The translations under genes and the position numbers were made by a program. Below are positions 26,521-41,700 of a DNA stretch of 64,000 nucleotides, piece after piece; position 1 is the stretch's first letter; every line of letters starts with the position of its first letter. The notes below the pieces were generated by a model, which did not search any database, was not told where the DNA came from, and saw only the letters and a list, made by a program, of their open reading frames with translations. Source of the stretch: the human T2T-CHM13v2.0 reference genome, Homo sapiens; assembly GCF_009914755.1 (NCBI RefSeq), contig NC_060936.1, one strand, 5' to 3'.

Positions 26521-26884
26521 TGATATGGTTTGGCTGTGTCCTCGCCCAAATTTCATCTTGAACTGTAGCTCCCATAATTCCCATGTGTCATGGGAGGGAC
26601 CCAGTGGGAGGTAATTGAATCATGGGGGCAGGTCTTTCCCATGCTGTTCTCGTGATAGTGAATAAGTCTCATGAGATCGGATGGTTTTATAAAGGCGAGT
26701 TCCCCTGCACACACTGTCTTGCCTGCCACCATGTAAGATATGCCTTTGCTCCTACTTCACCTTCTGCCATGACTGTGAGGCCTCCCCAGCCATGTGGAAC
26801 TGTGAGTCCCTTAAACCTCTTTCCTTTATAAATTACCCAGTCTTGGGTATGGCTTTATTAGCAGTGTGAGAACAGACTAATACA
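26521..26884 (+). mobile_element. THE1 (THE1D-like) MaLR solo LTR
   Basis: 'tgatatggtttggctgtgtcc...cccataattcccatgtgtcatgggagggacc...gagaacagactaataca'. Confidence 0.92.
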
Positions 26885-27049
26885 CATAGGAAGTTCTGTT
26901 AAAACTAGACAGTAGAATAAATGAAAATTAAGCAATTAATCTAATAAGAGATGTAAGAGAATGCAGTCTACTTTACAATTTTGTCAAATGTTTGGAGCTC
27001 TCATGTCATAAAATTCTAAAAGGAGAATTTTGTAAAAAATTCGTCACGG

Positions 27050-27230
27050 AAAAAGCACTAAATCAAGCATCATAAGACAAGCATCCTCATCACTGCTCTG
27101 CCACTTATTGGCCATATGACCTTGTATATATCACTTGACCTCTATGGATGTCAATTTCCTTCTCTGTAAAATGAGAATGTTGGACCAGATAATCCCAAGA
27201 TCTTTTCCAGTTGTACCACTCTTTGAGTCA
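27050..27230 (+). mobile_element. MIR SINE
   Basis: 'ctctgccacttattggccatatgacct...tcaatttccttctctgtaaaatgagaatgttggaccagat'. Confidence 0.65.
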
Positions 27231-27974
27231 ATGACTCCGCCATTATCCCTCCCCTTGTTCTCTGGAGATTTTGTTGCCAAAATAATTAGTGTTGCCCCCG
27301 AGTAACATCACGTAGCAAAGTCCAGTCACGCACAGGAATTCTAGGCACTGTGACTGCGAATTCTAATCCCTCTTTGGTCATGCCATCATTGAATGACCTT
27401 GGGCAGGCACCTAACTTCAGCTAACTGCCTCACCAGCCCTCCAGGGATTTGCCCGATAAATTTCCAACTCCTTACTCTCCACAAGCTGCCCTCCAAAATG
27501 CCTTTACAATGCTTAACTTGGGACCACCCATGACAAATCATGAAATTAGGCTTTTTCTCTGAATAATTCTCAATCATAGTATGTTTCTGCCTCAAACATA
27601 AAAGCCTTCTTTTCTTCCTGTTAAAATCATAACCGTCTTTCAAGGGAGGTGAAATACAAGTGAAAACTTAAAAGGCTGAAAAATTTGTCAAATCTATGGC
27701 AAACTCAAGTCTGGGTAGAAGAACTGATACACATTGTATAATAGAACCACCATGATTTCATTAGGCTAGAACAAAGGGTGGAAACTAAGGAGAAATACAA
27801 GCCCTCAGCAGGTATTTTTGAGCAGATGTGTCTTATAATAGGATTGGCACTACAGTCTCTGACCTAAATTTAATGGAAAATAAGTCCAATATTTCTATTA
27901 ATAATAATAATATAATAGCTGTCATTTGTTATGCAAATATTGACTTAGGCATTCTGATAAGGGATTTACATGCT

Positions 27975-28522
27975 GTACCTATTAGAATGCTTTCAGCTGC
28001 AAGTAAGAGTACCTAACTATAAGGGGCTTGGTGGTTTCCTGTCTCACATTGGCTGAGGAGGAGTTGGTCCCAGGGTTGGCTAATTGAGCAGCATGACACC
28101 AGGGAGCATCCATCCTCCAACTCTGCTATTTTCCATGTGTGGGTAATATCACCCCTTGTGGTTGCACAATGGCTGCAATGATTCCAGGTGCCACACAGAT
28201 ATTTCAACATCTACCAAAGCACACCTCCCACATATCTCTTTTTATTGTTTAGGAAAACTGTACCCAAAAACTTCCTACAAATTTCCCCTGACATCTCATT
28301 GTCCAGGATTAAATCACATTACCCATACCTAAACCAATCAACGACAAAGGAAATGGGACTGCCAATATCATCTTAGATCAATCATGATTCACCTCTGGTT
28401 CACCTTCCTTGAACATATGGTATGGTGACCACCCTACCCAAACAAAACTGAGCCCCACTGGCAAAGAAGGGGAGGGTGAGCTGGGAATTGGCAGTTGGGT
28501 AGATAACAGTGTCCACTACACA
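27975..28522. mobile_element. MLT1-type MaLR LTR
   Basis: 'ttagaatgctttcagctgcaagtaa...atggctgcaatgattccagg...catctcattgtccagga...gggtagataacagtgtccactaca'. Confidence 0.6.
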
Positions 28523-28904
28523 CAAATTATTATTTCAACAAATACCCTCTGAGGAATTATTATCTTCATTTTGTAGATGAGGAAATTGAAACTCAGAGAA
28601 GTCAAGTAAATTGCCCATGGTCACACAGCTAGAAGTTGAGAAATTCTGTGTTCTTAACCACCATATTGATAGTTCTGAAGTTTCAGTGTATGCAAGAAAC
28701 ATTAGAGAGTTTAGTACAAACATAGATTCTCAACTCAACTCCACACCCAGGGATTCTGATTCAACAGTCTAGGAGAGGAGCCCTCAGTCTTCATTTTCAA
28801 CAAATAATTTCAGTTAATTTGGATACAGGTGGTGTATGAACCACATTTTGAGAGAATAGGATTGGCTATTACTTGGACAGAAGTCCGACTTAAAACAAAA
28901 ACAA

Positions 28905-29189
28905 GGCCAGGCATGGTGGCTCATGCCTGTAATCCCAGCACTTTGGGAGGCCAAGGCAGGCAGATCATGAAGTCAGGAGATCGAGACCATCCTGGCCAAC
29001 ATGGTGAAACCCCGTCTCTACTAAAAATACAAAAATTAGTTGGGTATGGTGGCGCGCGCCTGTAGTCCCAGCCACTCGGGAGGCTGAGGCAGGAGAATGG
29101 CGTGAACGTGGGAGGTGGAGGTTGTGGTGAGCCACCGCACAGTCTGAACAACAGAGTGAGACTCTGTCTCAAAAAAAAAAAAAAAAAAG
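28905..29189 (+). mobile_element. Alu (AluSc/AluY-type) with a short deletion in the right arm
   Basis: 'caggagatcgagaccatcctggccaac','ggagaatggcgtgaac'. Confidence 0.94.
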
Positions 29190-32100
29190 AGCAAAAAAGC
29201 CCCCTGATTTTCTGGAAGTCCCAGACTCACTATCTACAAAAGCCATCCATCGTTTTTAAGTACCACCACAGAAACATCTCATCCCAGTCCCTCTATAGTC
29301 CGTACAGGTCAGCCCCTATATAGTGTCAAGATCTTGCTCCCTAATTTAAGAAGGTTATAGATAAAACTTTCAGATGAGGGGAATGAGCTCCATGAGAGAT
29401 CTAACAGGTCATCTAAGTAACCATTGAAGAATGTGGGAAGATTTACGGTTGAGGACAGTCAACTCTTGTGGGTAGGGATGAGAGAAAGCCATCATCACCC
29501 TTTAAATATTGTCTAGGATATTACGTGTAAAGGACACTCAGAGGTAGGATCAATGATAAGAAATTATGAGGCAGCTCATTTTGTTTTACTATGTGGGAGA
29601 ACAGACTAATAATTAACTTGGTCAACAATGGTAAAGGCTCTCCACCTCACAAAACACTCCGAATGCATTCCAGCAGAGGCTGGCAGACCCTGTGCCTGTC
29701 ACCAATGTTGTAGAAGGGAGTCCTCCATTGAAAGGAAGCATTGTGCAGATGACTTCTAAAATATGCTGTGATCCTTCAACCACATCCTCTGCAAACTGAC
29801 TTGTATTCTTTTTTCACTATAGTCATTTCTGCTGAATACCTAGGGGTACCATTTAATTTCGAATGCATTAATGTCCTATTTTCCCAAATTGATAGAATAT
29901 GTCTGACTCTTCTTTGTGTCTTCATGGTACCTAGCTCAAAACCATGCTCATCATAGGTACTTAATAAATTGTTGGTAAATGTAAAAGGATGGCGTAGAAT
30001 GGTGGGTAAGCACATCCAGATGATGGGTAGAAGATAACTGTTAGTACTTCTGCCCTGTTTACCACCATTCTTCCCTCTCTGGACAAGGGGCATGGAGGCT
30101 ATATTTGCAATATGCACCCTCCTCGCTGGCCATTATTGATTGGGTCAGAAATTAACATGTGAGGCAAGCTAGGGCCATAAGACTGACACTAAGATATTAA
30201 GACAATCTTTTAAGGTGGCTATAATTGTAACATGTGAGCTAAAAAGCATGATCTACTGAAAAAGAATGAGGCAGATGACAGACAAAGACTGAGCTCCCTG
30301 GCTTTCCATCTCCTGGGTCCCCATCCCTTCCTGAGGCTCATGTATAAGTGCGCCTTTGGTCTCTGAGATGAACCCCTCTGTCTTTGTAAAATTCTTCCTC
30401 CCTCCTTCCCTTTCTTCTTTTCTTGTTTTAGATTTTATTGAAGTTGGTTTTAGTTCATCTCAATCAGAATATTTAATCCAAAGAAATTTGTTCCTGAGTT
30501 TGCTGTTGAGGCCACTGATGCAAATAACTCATGCTCTTAGAATTCCAAGAAAATCCAGGATTTGGGGGACCCCAGTGACTACAGAGCATTTAGACCTTTG
30601 CATGTTACCAGATATTTTAGAAGGTTCGAGACTGGTTCTACTGCAGGCTGATTTTCTTACCACTCCAAACCCTAACCTGCAGGGGCATCAAAGCTCTTAT
30701 GAAGGCTCCACCATCAGACCACAGGTCTCCTTATAACGAAGATCCCATCCCCTGCAGAAGAAATTTTGAGGTAGGAACTAACCTCTAGCGCAATGAGGCA
30801 AGGCCAGCCCAAATAACAGATGGGAATATTTAGAGGTATCTAGAACTCCGTTATGCTACAAAGTGTTTCTCCGTACAACATCTTGGGTCTACATAAGGCA
30901 GTATCCCTGTAAGATGCAAATCGTCTTTCAAAACCACATTTATCAGTGAGTAGTCAGTCACATGAACCTTTGTACTTCAGTTTTGTGGCAAAACTGTTTC
31001 CCAAGATGCCTGTGTTTTTCTTAATCTGTGCCCCATGCTGTTAAGCAGAGCATGTGGCCTGTCACTTTGACATACTTAAACAGGCTGTGAACAAATCCAG
31101 CTGATGCTTTTCCAAAACCCATTTCAATCTTGGCTGCAAGGTCATCCCTGGCTGTGAGGGGTAGGTAGAAACAGATAGTCCAGGAGTAGGCAAGGAAATC
31201 ATTGAGAAATCCATGTTTTTCCCTCCTGCAATTAGGATATCTCTTATGTTGGCTAAAGATGGCAAATCATTAATACATGGGAGATAAGAAAGAACCAATC
31301 CTTTCCCCTTTCATTCTTATTCCTTAGAGTTCTGATGATCATACTTTGCCTAGGACATTCGGAGGCCCCTGCCATAGTCCTTTCATCAGCCCTTACTGCT
31401 TTTTGATCCTTTTGTTTTTCCCCAGGCATAACTGCCCCTTGTGCTGAGTTCCCTTAGGAAAGGAATCACGTTTCAACAAGGTCCTCACATTGTAGAATGA
31501 AATCTCTCTGACTCATTGTATAAATATGCAAAACCCTAAATTCTCTTAATTAAAAAAGTAGAACCAGGGAAGCCAACTCAACTTCTTGCTCTGAATCTGA
31601 ACAGAAGTGCTGTTTGGTGAAAGCAACTCCTCAGATGTGTGACCAGTTCGGCATCCACAGACAGTAATGAGGAATAACTTTAATAACCAATATTCTATAA
31701 GGATAGGGACTGTCATCAGAAGAGACATCAATAATCTTCTCTTGGCAAATGAACAAACAAAAATCACTCCCATTTTTTCACTGATGCTTGAAATTTCTTT
31801 AACAGGAATTAAATATTTCTGGAGAGGCTATATGTAATTTTGGCTAAAAGTTTAGGTATTTACTTGTTATTGCAACTAGGCAATAAGTATCAAAATTTTT
31901 CAAAATATGCATACCTTTCGACCTCACAATTCCACTTCCAGAAATTTATTTCTAGTAAATAATCTGAAAGTTGTACAAAAAAGTCTGTACGTGAAGCTTC
32001 ATTATAGCTTTTTAAAAACTTCTTATAATGCAAATTTCAAACATACGCAAAATTAAAGAGGATAATATGATGAACCACTGTGTATGTACCACCCAGCTTT

Positions 32101-33249
32101 ATCAGTTATCCACATTTTACCCAGCTCCTGTTTTATTTATTCTCCACCATTCTTTTTCATTGCTATTTTTGCTGGAATGTTTTAAATGCAATTCCAGCCA
32201 TCTGGCATTAGTCTTTTAAATATTTTAGTTGTAATATTTTTAAAATAAGAATTTTTTTGGATCTTATTATTACCTGGTATCTTTCTTTCACCATCCAAGT
32301 TAGCAATAATTTCTGAATATCCTCCAATACACATTCATGTGCAATTGCAGAATGTCAAAAATGTCTTTTTACAATTTGTTTAAATCTGGATCCAAAAATT
32401 TTCACAGGTTGGATCTAGTTGATAGTTCTCTTAAGTCTCTGTAACCTATGACATTGTCTCCACTTTTTATTATGCCATTTATTTGTTGAAAAATTAAGGT
32501 CATTTTGTCCTGTAGAATTTCTCATATTCTGGATTTGGTCAATTGTCTCCCTCTTGTATCATTTAATCATTTTTTTTCCCCCTGTAAACTGGCAATTAGA
32601 GCCTGAGGCTCAATTGAATCCAGGTTCTCTTTCTTTCTTTTTTGGGTAAGAATACTTTGTAGATGGCTCTGTGTACTTCGTATTACATCACATCAATAGG
32701 CACATCAGGCTGTTCATCCCATTTTTAGTGGTGTGTACATCAATTAGCAGATTCAAGTGCTCTCAGCCTAATCCCTCCATTATATACTTTTTCATCAATT
32801 TTTCGCCTAATGGTTTTAGCAGTTATTGATGTTCATTGCCTAGATCCATTATCTCATTAGAGATTTTAAAGTGTTGATGTTGTAATTTTTTAATACCATA
32901 TTGTTACATTAGCTCTTCCTTCTGTAATGAAGCTTTTGAACCCCAGCTTTTTATTTTTTAAGAAAATGTCAGTTATCAAATAGTAAACACCTATAACCTT
33001 CACCTAGATTCACCAGTTGCTAACATTTTGCTACATTTGCTTTATCACTCTCGTTATTTATACTTATTTTTTGCTGTTTCATTCAAATTAGTTTACAGAC
33101 ATTATGGCAAGCTTTAAATATTTCAGCTTGTGTCTTCTAATAACGATGACATTCTCCTCATAACCATAGTTCCACACTCAATAAATTTAGCATTGATTCA
33201 ATATTATCTAATAAAGATTTTTTAATTGCCAATTGTCACCAAAATGATC

Positions 33250-33258
33250 ATATATGTA

Positions 33259-33310
<52 letters not shown>
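33250..33310. repeat. Compound (TG)n(TA)22 microsatellite
   Basis: Pure TA run 33267-33310. Confidence 0.97.
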
Positions 33311-33311
<1 letters not shown>

Positions 33312-34051
33312 TTTTAAAATCCAGAATCCTTCAAAGGTACATGTGCTACAGTGGTATCATGTCCAGTAATTTTCTACTTCCATCTTCTTTCTACATTTAT
33401 TAGTTGGCATTCTTTTGTAAAGAAGAGCTTTCTCTTTTCCTCCATTGCCATCATTATTTTTTAGATGCTCATATTGACTCAAATTTGTCCAATGCGAGCA
33501 ACCATAACCTGGTTACTGCATCATTTTGACCCAGTCCCATTGGTCTTTGAGCATTTCCTTATTTTCTGGCACACGTGATTCTAGGCTCACCTTACACTTT
33601 CCCAGTCTCACACCTAGAATCAGCAGTTTCTCCAAACTTCCCTGGTTCTTTTCAATGAAAAGTGCTGTTTAGAAACCAAGATTTGGCTGCTAGATATGCT
33701 TCTAGATATGCTCATTGTTTCTAGACCCTGTCAGTGCACAGAGCTAAGAAATATATCTTTCAAGAAACGTGAGTTCATACTGATACCTCTTATTCAAATC
33801 CTATATCATAGAGAAATCTTCCTCCATTCTCCCTTTTTATATTTTATCTTCTCCCACAGTAAGAACCCTCATTTCCAAAAAAATTAAGTGTTTTATTGTT
33901 TGCTATATGCTTTAAAATGCACAAAATATTCTTAGTATTACTTAGCAATAGTATTGTACCACCACAAAAAACAAGTAAAATTAAATATTTCTTTAAAGTT
34001 CTTTCTCTTCATAAAATATATTTTATTAAGGTGTATTAAAAATTTATTTGA

Positions 34052-34350
34052 GGCTGGGGATGGTGTCTCATGCCTGTAATCTCAGCACTTTGGGAGGCCA
34101 AGGCAGGCAGATCACTTGAGCCCAGGAATCCAAAACCAGTCTGGCCAACACACCAAAACCCCATCTCTACTAAAAATACAAAAATTAGCTGGGCATGGTG
34201 ATGCATGCCTGTAACCCCAGCTACTCAGGAGGCTGAGGTGGGAAGATGGCTTGAACCTGGGAGGCAGAGGTTGCAGTTATCTAAGATTGAACCACTGCAC
34301 TCCGGCCTGGGCAACAAAGAGAGACTCTGTCTCAAAAAAAAAAAAAAAAA
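34052..34350 (+). mobile_element. Alu (AluJb/Sz-type)
   Basis: Full dimer with A tail. Confidence 0.95.
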
Positions 34351-37300
34351 TTTGAATTAATTCTGCTTTCTATGTAGGAATACTTGCTGTAGAGTTGGAT
34401 ATATAGTTAAGTTCATTTGTTTCTCTTTATATTCAATTTCAGTGTTGCCCTTTTCATTCTTTTGATTTAATTTTATTTTTTGAACATGTATAATTTTTAC
34501 ATGGTTCAAAAGTCAAAACTACAAGAAGGAAAACTCTAAAAAATAACAACCCTATTCCTATCCTTTATATTCTATTATTGTCCCCAAGCCTCTTTGGTGT
34601 CTAGTTTTATGAATTCATAGATTATTTTTGATATGTTTATGCTTGCAAATATAATCAAATATTTCTTCTTTTTTATTACTGTTATATATATTTTGCTATT
34701 TAAAAAGATTTATATTTTTAACACAGTGGTTACCTTTTTACTAATATTTAATTTTTTAAGGGTCATAATCCCTTTTTCTTACATAGACTTCTACAATTGG
34801 TTTGTACCTTTAAATGATATCTTCTGTCTGCCACATACTACCTACATATCAATCAATAGTCTTATTTTACTTCCTCCTTTCCCTTTCTCTTCTTCAATGT
34901 TTTCAGTTGTATTATCTCTAATGTATCAGAATGTATAATATATACATATTTTTCTTTCACCTCTGTTCCCATCTTTGTTTAAGTCTTAGAGCTACAATTA
35001 AATATAATCAGCACTCACCATCAGTGCTTTGCTGATATCTCATCATTTCCTGGTGGGATACATTTATTGTCTAGTAGATTTCTCAGGATGGAATCATGAT
35101 TATGTGTATTCTCACTCTTGTATGTTTACAACTATTTGCCTATAGCCTTGATATTTGAAGGTCAACTGGGCTAGATAACACAGACTTGTTTTTAAAAGTG
35201 GGAATTGAAACAATTCAAGGAATCAACAAAGATTGGTAATATAAATAAATAATGGTCAGTTAAATAATGGAATCCTGTCCATTCAACCATTATACATACT
35301 ATAAACAGTGTGGAAAAATAGAAAATGATACATAAACTTGCAATGGTCAAATTTGTGCATATGAAGTATAAGGATGCTACAAATGTGTGTGCACATGTAT
35401 TTAGTAAAAAGAGGGTTGGATATACATGAAAAAGTTAACAGTAATTTTCTCTGGTTAGTAGAATTATTGGTGGTCTTTAGCTTCTTTGTGTGCTTTTCTG
35501 TATTTTTTAAGTTGTAGCATTTGTGGGATTGGAGAGAATACAATTTTTTTGAAGAGCAAGACAAAGATCTAAAGTTTTCAAGGTTTATTTTTAATGTGCT
35601 TTCTTTAATCAATACCACAAGATAGGGTGTACCAAGGAAAAAGCAGTGTGATCTAATTAGCAAGCTCAAGACAGCATAAGCTGGCCTCAGTGCCCTGCCT
35701 GCGCTAGGCACTCAATCAGTTGGTGCTCGTGATGATGAAAACTAAAATGAGTCCGTTCCAAGCAAGAACCTTTTGGGGAGTAGAGTTAACTTTTCTGAGT
35801 CAAGCTCCTGCCTCCAGGTTTGCACCGAGGATGAAATGAAGTAGTATTATATATCTGTAAAACCCCTGTCACTTCATCCAGGCAGAGAAGATACATTGTT
35901 AGTACCTTATTCTCAAAACTAACAGAAATGTGTTCAGTTTTACTTGTTCTGAAGAATATAAAAACAATATGGATGAATGGCCAGTAAAAGGAGCCAGAAG
36001 CAGCCTATGAGAGTGTTCTAGAAAAACATGAAGGGGACAAGAAAAAGATACGAGGGATAGATGGATAAGGAGGGAGAAAGAGATAGAGAGAGGACAAGAT
36101 AAAGTTTAGAGCCTATCATTAGAATATGTAATACTTGGGACTTTGCCTTCCGTTTAAGTAAAATGGAGGAAATCTGTGCCCTTACATCCTGACTGTGCTG
36201 TCGTTATGATAAAAAGAAGTAAATGGAGTGCAGGGTACACTATACACCTGCTTCTTTAAGTAATCCTTGCCAGGTAACTAATCGCTGGGATTCCAAAGGT
36301 TGTTCTTCCAGTGGGGGTGACCGTGAACTGTACCCCAGAGCAACTGAATCAGAATTTGAATGGGAAATGTCAGCCATAGAATTTGTTTAAAACATCTCTT
36401 CCAATGATTACGATGACTAGCCTGGTTTAAGAACTGCTGGCCCATACATAGGGCTACCATCTATCCCCTCTGCTGGGACAGTCCCAGAGCAAGTATTACT
36501 AGCAGCCCTTTCTCTTACAAAAATCTCTCTGCAGGGTATATATTATGCAGTTTCCTATCTGTACCTTGCCTCCGCTATTGGCATTCTCAGTGAAGGTGCA
36601 TAGGGATAGCCTTGTACCATTACTTTCAGTCCAGAACTGAACACAAGACGTAGAGAAAAATTACCCCACGAAATTAAATTTGCATCAAAGTGTAGACCAA
36701 AGTCAGATCTTCCCTGAGAGTGGAATCTGATGTATACAGAAAACAAAGGCATAACTTTAAGTGGGGGAGAGAGAATGGGAAACCCGAGACATCTCCAAGA
36801 CAATTGCTTCTGCTACTTCACCATTTGGCTCAAGCCAATTGAGAGAGCCAGAAATGAACATAGGTTTGGTTTTATCTGCTGGTTATTTAAGAACTTTTGC
36901 TTGTTTCTTCTTTACCTCTTCCCCAGTTTCTGGAAGAGTCAAAATAAGATAATCATTTGGCAGTGATATAACATTGCTCTTCAACTGCTGAGAAACCAAT
37001 CAATATTCCCCATCTAGCTAATGTGTCATTCAATATTGAGTGTTACCTTGTTCTAGTTTAATCCTGATCTGTTACCTCTAAAATAAGGACATGCAAAGAT
37101 AAAGATAAAAACTTGGGCACTCTCAAAAATATTCATGTTATAAATATGTAAGGGAAAATATTTCAGGTCATAGTCCTCAGTACATGCCAATACATTCTTG
37201 GGGTACCCACTTTCCTGCAGCACCAGACACTTTGGCTTCCTCCTATGCTCTGGACATTTTCATTCTTCCTCTTTTTGCTCATCCTCTTCCTGTATCCCAT

Positions 37301-39362
37301 ATTATGGGCCTTTTCCATGGAAAGCCTTTTCAATTAATTCACTTTTAAATTCATATTCATGTTACCAAGTTTACAAATTTTAAAACATGGTTTTCATTAC
37401 TTTCAATTCAAACTATGACTCTATCTACAAAGCCAGTAAAACAAGAAGATCACCTTCAAAATTTCTCTGACAAGTTTCTAGAAACTCCAGTCGACAGACT
37501 AAACTGCTTAAAGAATCAATCTCAGGTACAAATTTAATCAATTAAATAGTCTTAATTTTAAACTGCATTTGTAAGTGTAACATGTTCAGATTCATTTTTA
37601 CGTGCTTCAAATGCTTGACAGGATGAAGTTATAACCATAACAAGCAAAAACCTCCCTAGCATTTAAAGATCTCTTGTTGCAACTCTGATCAAATAAACTT
37701 AAAAATATAAATTGAATTATCTTAACTATTCCAGTTCTATTTACAAACTTATCTTTATAAACATTCACCTTACAAATCCCAAGATTAAAATGTTACAGAT
37801 TTTATATTGCTATCATAAAGATAACTTTTTAGGGTCAGAACGTGTTGGATTCTTTTGCAATAGCAAACATACTGGCCCTTTTAGAGCAGCTTAATTTGGG
37901 CAGATGGAATTCAGCAACCCCTAGCCTAGGCTGGATTCAACTAATCTCTTTACCGCCTGATTGAATTCTTCATTCCTTTCATATTCTTTTTGTCCAGCTC
38001 CATCCACAAAAGCCCCCATCTGTCTAAAAACGATCAGCCTTTCTTTGACCCAAAATTTCATCAAATCATAGTCCTTTCTTCACGTTGTGTCTGAAAATCC
38101 CTTTGAAATGCACATATACTATCTTGGATGGAGACTGCATCATGGCTTTAATTCTCATAACACCATCAACACCACACACACATTGGTTTCACTTACTCAA
38201 CAAGAGGCTCAATGAGGTAACAGACTATTATGAAATGAATTTCAATGTCTTCTAAAAACTTTTTTTTGTTGTTGATATTTGTTTAAAACACACTGTGGAA
38301 AGAACACAGGCCTTTTTGTAAGCAATTTTTGAAAGGCTTGTCTCCTAGGCAGCTACAAACTCAAGACATTGCTAGGAGAAATTCTGTTATATGAAGACAG
38401 GGAGAGCTGGAAGGGATCTGATGACCATTTGGTCCCACCCCATGCTGTACAAAGAAGAAAACTGAGCCCCAAAGAGCAGGGGCAAAGGAGGGTAAAATGC
38501 CTTCACTTCTTCTATGTTCCAATTTGTGTGCAAGTTGAACTTCAGTTGAGATGCACAAAGTGGCACTCAATCCTTTCCCACTCATGCACGTTGCAGACAT
38601 TGCCATGCTCCTCAAGCTCACTCATCCCCTGGCCCTGAATTCCTAGAAGACCACTCAGCCTTCACCTCCACTGAGTCAGTGGCAGGTATCATACATTCAC
38701 TCACCACCCTCAAACTTCTAACCCAGCCTCACAAGAACCTAAATACTTTGTGAACAGAAGCTAAATTTCAGTGAACCAAAGGGTGAAAAGGAGATGAATA
38801 AGTAGAGACTCTCTTTCCAGAAATCTGGAGAAGGAGCAAGGTTGCACAGCAGCTGAGGGAGGGATGCAGGGTCAAGGGCAGGAGGGAGGCTGGAGAGAGT
38901 TGAGCCTATTCAGCTTTTAGAGGGAGACAGAGGGAAGGAATTGAGCCTGTCCACAGAGACATGGAGGAAGGTGAATACATAGGGCAGAGAGGGAATGATT
39001 GGCAGGGAAGGAAGAACCTTGAGAAGCGAGAGCAGGCATGGAGTGCACAGGTTGAAGTATTGATTTTGAAGGAAGGAGAGATGCTTCATTCTCCAAAATA
39101 GGAGGAAGAAAAGGTGGATATGGGCATAAATACTGCTAAGGATGTGAATGAGAAAACAGTCCAGATGACCATGAGGATGGGGGATAAGCCAGGAGGGAAT
39201 GTAGACTGTGTGGATAAGGAAGAGTCTAGGATCTGGACACCTTCACAAGCTAACTGATGGGGTAGTGGGGATAAGGGAATGAGTGAGCTGGGAGGACCTA
39301 GGAGTTTGAGACTTGGGGATGAGGGAATCCTGAGTGATGACGCAGCAAGTTAGGGCTGTTGA

Positions 39363-39957
<595 letters not shown>

Positions 39958-40294
39958 TAGCTTTGGAGAGCAAGAGAGATATTAATTCCTAACTCCCAGC
40001 CCAGAGGGGCAGAGGGCAGGTGAGCATGAGCCCTCGCCACTTGAGAAGGATAAAAGGGAAGCAGGAACCTTAGGGGAGACTAAGGTTCAGCTGATAGCAG
40101 AAGACAGAGGAAACATTTAGGAAAAATGTTAAAGATATATGAATAGAGTTCCAAAGGGCACAGTTGAATGATGTGGAAGGAAAGGAGAAAGGGCAAGGAG
40201 ACAAAAAGCATCCCTTTGTAACGGGATAAAGATTAAAGAGGTTTTTATCCAAGGCAATGGCTGAGATTGAGAGAGACAGGAGGCAGGGAGACCT

Positions 40295-40480
40295 CTGGCC
40301 TTAACTGACTAGCTGTGTGACCTTAGGCAAGTTACTTGCCCTCTCTGTGCCTCAGTTTCATGATTGTGAAATAAGGATAATACTAATACTTACCTCATAA
40401 GATTGTTGTTGCTATGAAGATTAAATATGTTAATATATGTAATGCACTTAGAAAAATGATCAACACATAGTCAGTTGTGA
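40295..40480 (+). mobile_element. MIR SINE
   Basis: 'actagctgtgtgaccttaggcaagttacttgccctctctgtgcctcagtttc'. Confidence 0.85.
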
Positions 40481-40779
40481 AGAAGCATTAGTTTTGGAAG
40501 GAAAAAGATTCCACTCCGCACTTTCCTTCAAGTGACAGACATTCAATTATATCAAGTCCTGAAGAATACATCCTCATTTCCCATCACTTACACACAGCAA
40601 AAGCCCAGCATGCAAAAGAAAAAAAAAACCCAAAAAACAAACCCTATCAGAGTCAGTGATAGATTCAGTTTCTCAGTAATTAACTATTATCTGTTCCTGT
40701 ACAGAAAGAAAAGAGTGCTTAAAAAGTTGGTTGAAGACAGAAAGAATCTAGAGCTATAAATGTTAAAGATGAACAGTTA

Positions 40780-41535
40780 ATATCATCAGAGAAACAGAAA
40801 TCAAATCAAAACCACAAGGATATATCACCTCATGCCCATTAGGATGGCTACTATCAAAAAAAGCAGAAAATAACAAGCGTTGGTAAGAACGTGGAGAAAT
40901 TGTAACCCTTGTTTGCTCTTAGTGAGAAGGTAAAGTGGTGCAGCACTGTGAAAACAGTATGGCAGTTCCTCAAAAAATTAAAAATAGAACTAGAATGTGA
41001 TCCAGCAATCCCACTTCTGGGTACATATGCAAAAGAATCGAGAGCAGGGTCTTGAGCAGATATTTGAATACTCAAGGTTATAGCACTACTCACAATAGCC
41101 AAGAGGTGGAAACAACCCAAATGTCCATCAGTGGATGAATGGATCAACAAAATGTGGTATATCTGTACAATGGAATAGCATTCAACCTTAAAAAGGAAGG
41201 AGATCCTGACACCTGCTACAATATGAATAAACATTGAGGATTTTATGCGAAGTGAAATAAGTCAGTTGCAAGCAGAAAGATACTGTATGGTGTCCCTTAT
41301 ATGAGGTCATAGGAGGGGCATAGAAACAGAAAGTATAATGGTGGTTACCAGAGGCCTCAAAAAAGAGAAGAAGGAGAGTTGTTTCATGGCTATAGAGTTT
41401 CAGATTTGCAAAATGAAAACGTTCTGGAAATCTGTTTCATAATGATGTGAATATACTTAGTACTACTGAAATGTACACTTAAAAATGGTTAAGATGGTAA
41501 ATTTTATATGTTTTTATAATAAAGAAAAATGAAAA
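40780..41535 (+). mobile_element. L1MB-like 3' end
   Basis: 'caaatcaaaaccacaagg...cagcaatcccacttctgggt...cccaaatgtccatcagtggatgaatgg...tacacttaaaaatggttaagatggtaaatttt'. Confidence 0.9.
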
Positions 41536-41569
41536 CAAAAAGATCATCTAGTATCTCCCCCCTTCCCCT

Positions 41570-41700
41570 TTACAGGTGACTGAAGTAAAGCCCAGAGAAG
41601 GTAAGCGACTTATCCAAGGTCACACAGTTCACGGAGGCAGAATCAGGATCAGAACCTGGGATTCTGACCCCTGCAGTAAGGGTCCGTCCATTACATCCTG
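41570..41700 (-). mobile_element. MIR SINE
   Basis: 'gcccagagaaggtaagcgacttatccaaggtcacacag'. Confidence 0.7.

Larger units (their letters stand above)
31850..35530. mobile_element. Block of old L1ME/L1MC-like fragments
   Basis: 'cacaattccacttccagaaatttat','cctagaatcagcagtttctccaa...ccctggttc...ttagaaaccaagatttgg'; AT-rich. Confidence 0.55.

Noticed and set aside
35283-35711. 142-aa minus-strand ORF
   Set aside because: Overlaps decayed L1M sequence; non-ATG start; no homology recognised
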